A DNA stretch of 64,000 bases. Source: Lytechinus pictus. Its lineage: Eukaryota. The stretch covers positions 5,458,001 to 5,522,000 of the forward strand of contig NC_087250.1 of the NCBI RefSeq assembly GCF_037042905.1. The letters are read 5' to 3'. Below, piece by piece: positions 61,667 through 64,000 of the stretch (its first letter is position 1; each line of letters starts with the position of its first letter). The translations under genes and the position numbers were made by a program. The notes under the pieces are model-generated. The model worked only from the letters and a program-made list of their open reading frames with translations, was not told the origin of the DNA and ran no database searches.

Positions 61667-62424
61667 CTGTTCTTGGTATAAGAGACACGGAAGAACCACA
61701 TTACGATTGCACATTGGAAAATATATTAATAAGATTTTCATCGTGCTTGTTGAACAATGTTACAGTAGGTATTCGACCAACTGTCAATTGGACCAAGTGG
61801 GTGTTGGACCAAAATGGCAATTGGACATACAGGCAACAAAATTAGACGTACATGCTATTGGACGAAATGGCTACTCGAGGAAGTGGCTATAGGACGAAAA
61901 TGACTATTGAACGAAATTGTATTGGACCAAACTCTATGAAATGACATAGTCATAGGACGAAATTGCAATGGACGTAGAGGCAAGTCATCCCCACGTACAC
62001 AGACAAATAATACCCCTGATTTTATTTCAAACCAGTACCATAATTATCATTTCACTCCATTATTAAATCTCGTTTTTAATTTGTTACCAAAATGCTCATA
62101 TTGCCAAAAGTTTGTAGGCAGCATATACCATCTACTTCGAAAAATTGGTCAAGTCATTTTTTTTTTCATTTTTATGTGATTGAAGACCATAACAAGGAAC
62201 AGCTTCCAACTTGGTGACAAATTTCTAATGGTCACCATGACCATGTGAGGGATCAAAATCGGATCATAAGGTTGAATTTCTGAAAATGCCCCGATTTTGT
62301 CGAGTGATACCTCAAATTGTTTGTCTTGTGACACTAAACAAAAACCCATACAAAACAGTATACTCTTGACCTCCCCTTAAAAGGTTTTGCCCGGAAGGTC
62401 ATAAGGTAAACGAACTTCCATTAA

Positions 62425-62777
62425 AGGTCAAGTCCACTCAGGAAAATTGTTGATTTGAATCAATAATCAATCAGGCCAAAATTTCATCAAAGTCGGATGC
62501 GAAATAAGAAAGTCATGGCATTTTAAACCTTTGGCTTATTTTTTTCAAACCAGTTATATGCACATCTCAGGGATATGCAAATGGGAGTGGTGATGATGTC
62601 CATCACTTACTATTTATTTTCTCTTTTTTTGGTATCATGTTTATTGTTTGAATTGTATTCTGTTTGATTTCTTACATAGTTCTTATTTTACGTCCGATTT
62701 TGATAAAATTTTCTGTGCTAAGCTTTTTGATTTTTTCTTTTATTCGAAACATTCTTTTGTTGGGGTGGACTTGTCTT
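62425..62777. mobile_element. Non-autonomous Kolobok-type element
   Basis: TTAA|AGGTCAAGTCCAC...GTGGACTTGTCTT|TTAA. Confidence 0.8.
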
Positions 62778-63429
62778 TTAAATTAATATGTTAAAAATCT
62801 ATTTTGTTTCTGCCCCCCTTTTTGCATAGTATTTTTTTTTTTTTTAAGTGTCATCACCAGAGATCCTTATCCAGAAGAGATAAACGGTCGGGCCAAGGTA
62901 ATGGGGGGGGGGGGGGGATTGAGCTTTTTGGGGTTAATATTGATGAATAAGGGCGATGTGTATTGTTTTATTTTAGGTGTATATGCCCACAGTATACGTG
63001 TAACAGGACATAATAAGTTTACAGGATATTTTGGGGGGTTAAAACCAATCTTACATTGTGCAAATATGAAGTTGCTTGATTGCTTGTTATCTGGCCAACT
63101 CTACGCTTGATTATTGTGGTTTGTAATATCTGAATTGTTGCAAACACATGATGGATAGGTGTAGTAGCTTACGCAGAGTCAGAAACGTAATGTCAGTCAT
63201 CAGGAGTCAGATCTTGTCAAATGATTGTTATTATTGTTGTTGGCATGAGGTTTGTCAAACATGTGGCATGAGCATATGTAAGGTTGGTCATCTAGGTGCA
63301 TCAAAGTATACTCGTTTGATGCTGTTGGCATCGTTTATCTGCGCCATTGCTTATGGTAGACTTAACAATAATCTTGCATTCTCAGTTTACAATCTTCGGC
63401 ACCAGTCTTTGTAATATCTAGGATTCTTG

Positions 63430-63670
63430 CCCGGGGGGAGGGGGCACTTCCATTGACGATTGGATACCATGCGTGACCACGGGGTCTTGAAAAGTAACCT
63501 AAACACGTATTTCCATATCCTGAAAATGCACCCCTTAACAAGTATTGGAGTGTGAAACCCTTCCCTTAACAAGTATTGGAATCATAAGTATTCCCAGAAC
63601 TGAGCCCCTAAACAAGTTCAGCGATGTATTTTCCATATTTTGAAAATGCACCCCTTAACAAGTATTGAAA
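63430..63670 (+). mobile_element. Truncated MITE, same family as 34739-34965
   Basis: Shared head and CCCTTAACAAGTATT repeats. Confidence 0.7.
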
Positions 63671-64000
63671 ACAAAACGAAACTCGCAAAGTAAAGTAAAC
63701 ACGCCATGATCATGATGATGTTGGGCCTATGACCAAAGCCAAGGGTGAACATGGAGAAAAAAGGGAGATGACTATAGAGAGGGAGAGGGGACATACAGCT
63801 ACAAGACAGAGAAAGCATGAATGCTCGTAAGCAAGCAACCAGAGGCACGCTAAAAGCGACAGATACAATTGGATAGTATTATCCTGAAATATAATAAACT
63901 CCTCAAAAAAGTTTGGAAATCTGACTTTGACCGATAATCCCTCCTCGATATTAGTGAATATTAATATGTGATTGATAAAACAAGATATATAATTTAATAC

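Noticed and set aside
63200..63400. Minus-strand PHD remnant (DDQPYICSC)
   Set aside because: Multiple stops and too few conserved residues to support
243..63848. Most short ORFs in the supplied track
   Set aside because: Low-complexity or repeat-derived frames with no domain motifs or splice support

Overview
Eukaryotic, AT-rich, repeat-dominated DNA; the repeat style suggests an echinoderm such as a sea urchin (inference). There is no prokaryotic gene content and no CRISPR. The one host gene I can support lies on the minus strand: five 177-nt phase-1/phase-1 exons (61490-61666, 60645-60821, 33963-34139, 30299-30475, 26169-26345), each encoding one sushi/CCP domain. A candidate last exon lies at 18391-18515 and there are several possible decayed exon copies. 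The rest is layered mobile DNA that can be ordered by target-site duplications (TSDs). (1) A young non-autonomous gag-pro-only LTR element with non-canonical ends sits inside the terminal inverted repeat (TIR) of a Harbinger element. (2) An L2/CR1-type LINE is cut into four pieces by three insertions, including a 6.5-kb TAG...CTA (Academ-like) element. (3) A second L2/Crack-type LINE is present. (4) In the 26.5-kb intron, a 20.3-kb TAG...CTA element with ~1.3-kb TIRs splits a PHD finger mid-domain. Its left TIR is interrupted by a 12-kb insertion, and it carries nested MITEs, a SINE and a Gypsy pol remnant. (5) Next to it is a probable Polinton/adintovirus fragment. Family assignments are from pattern recognition only; no database searches were run.
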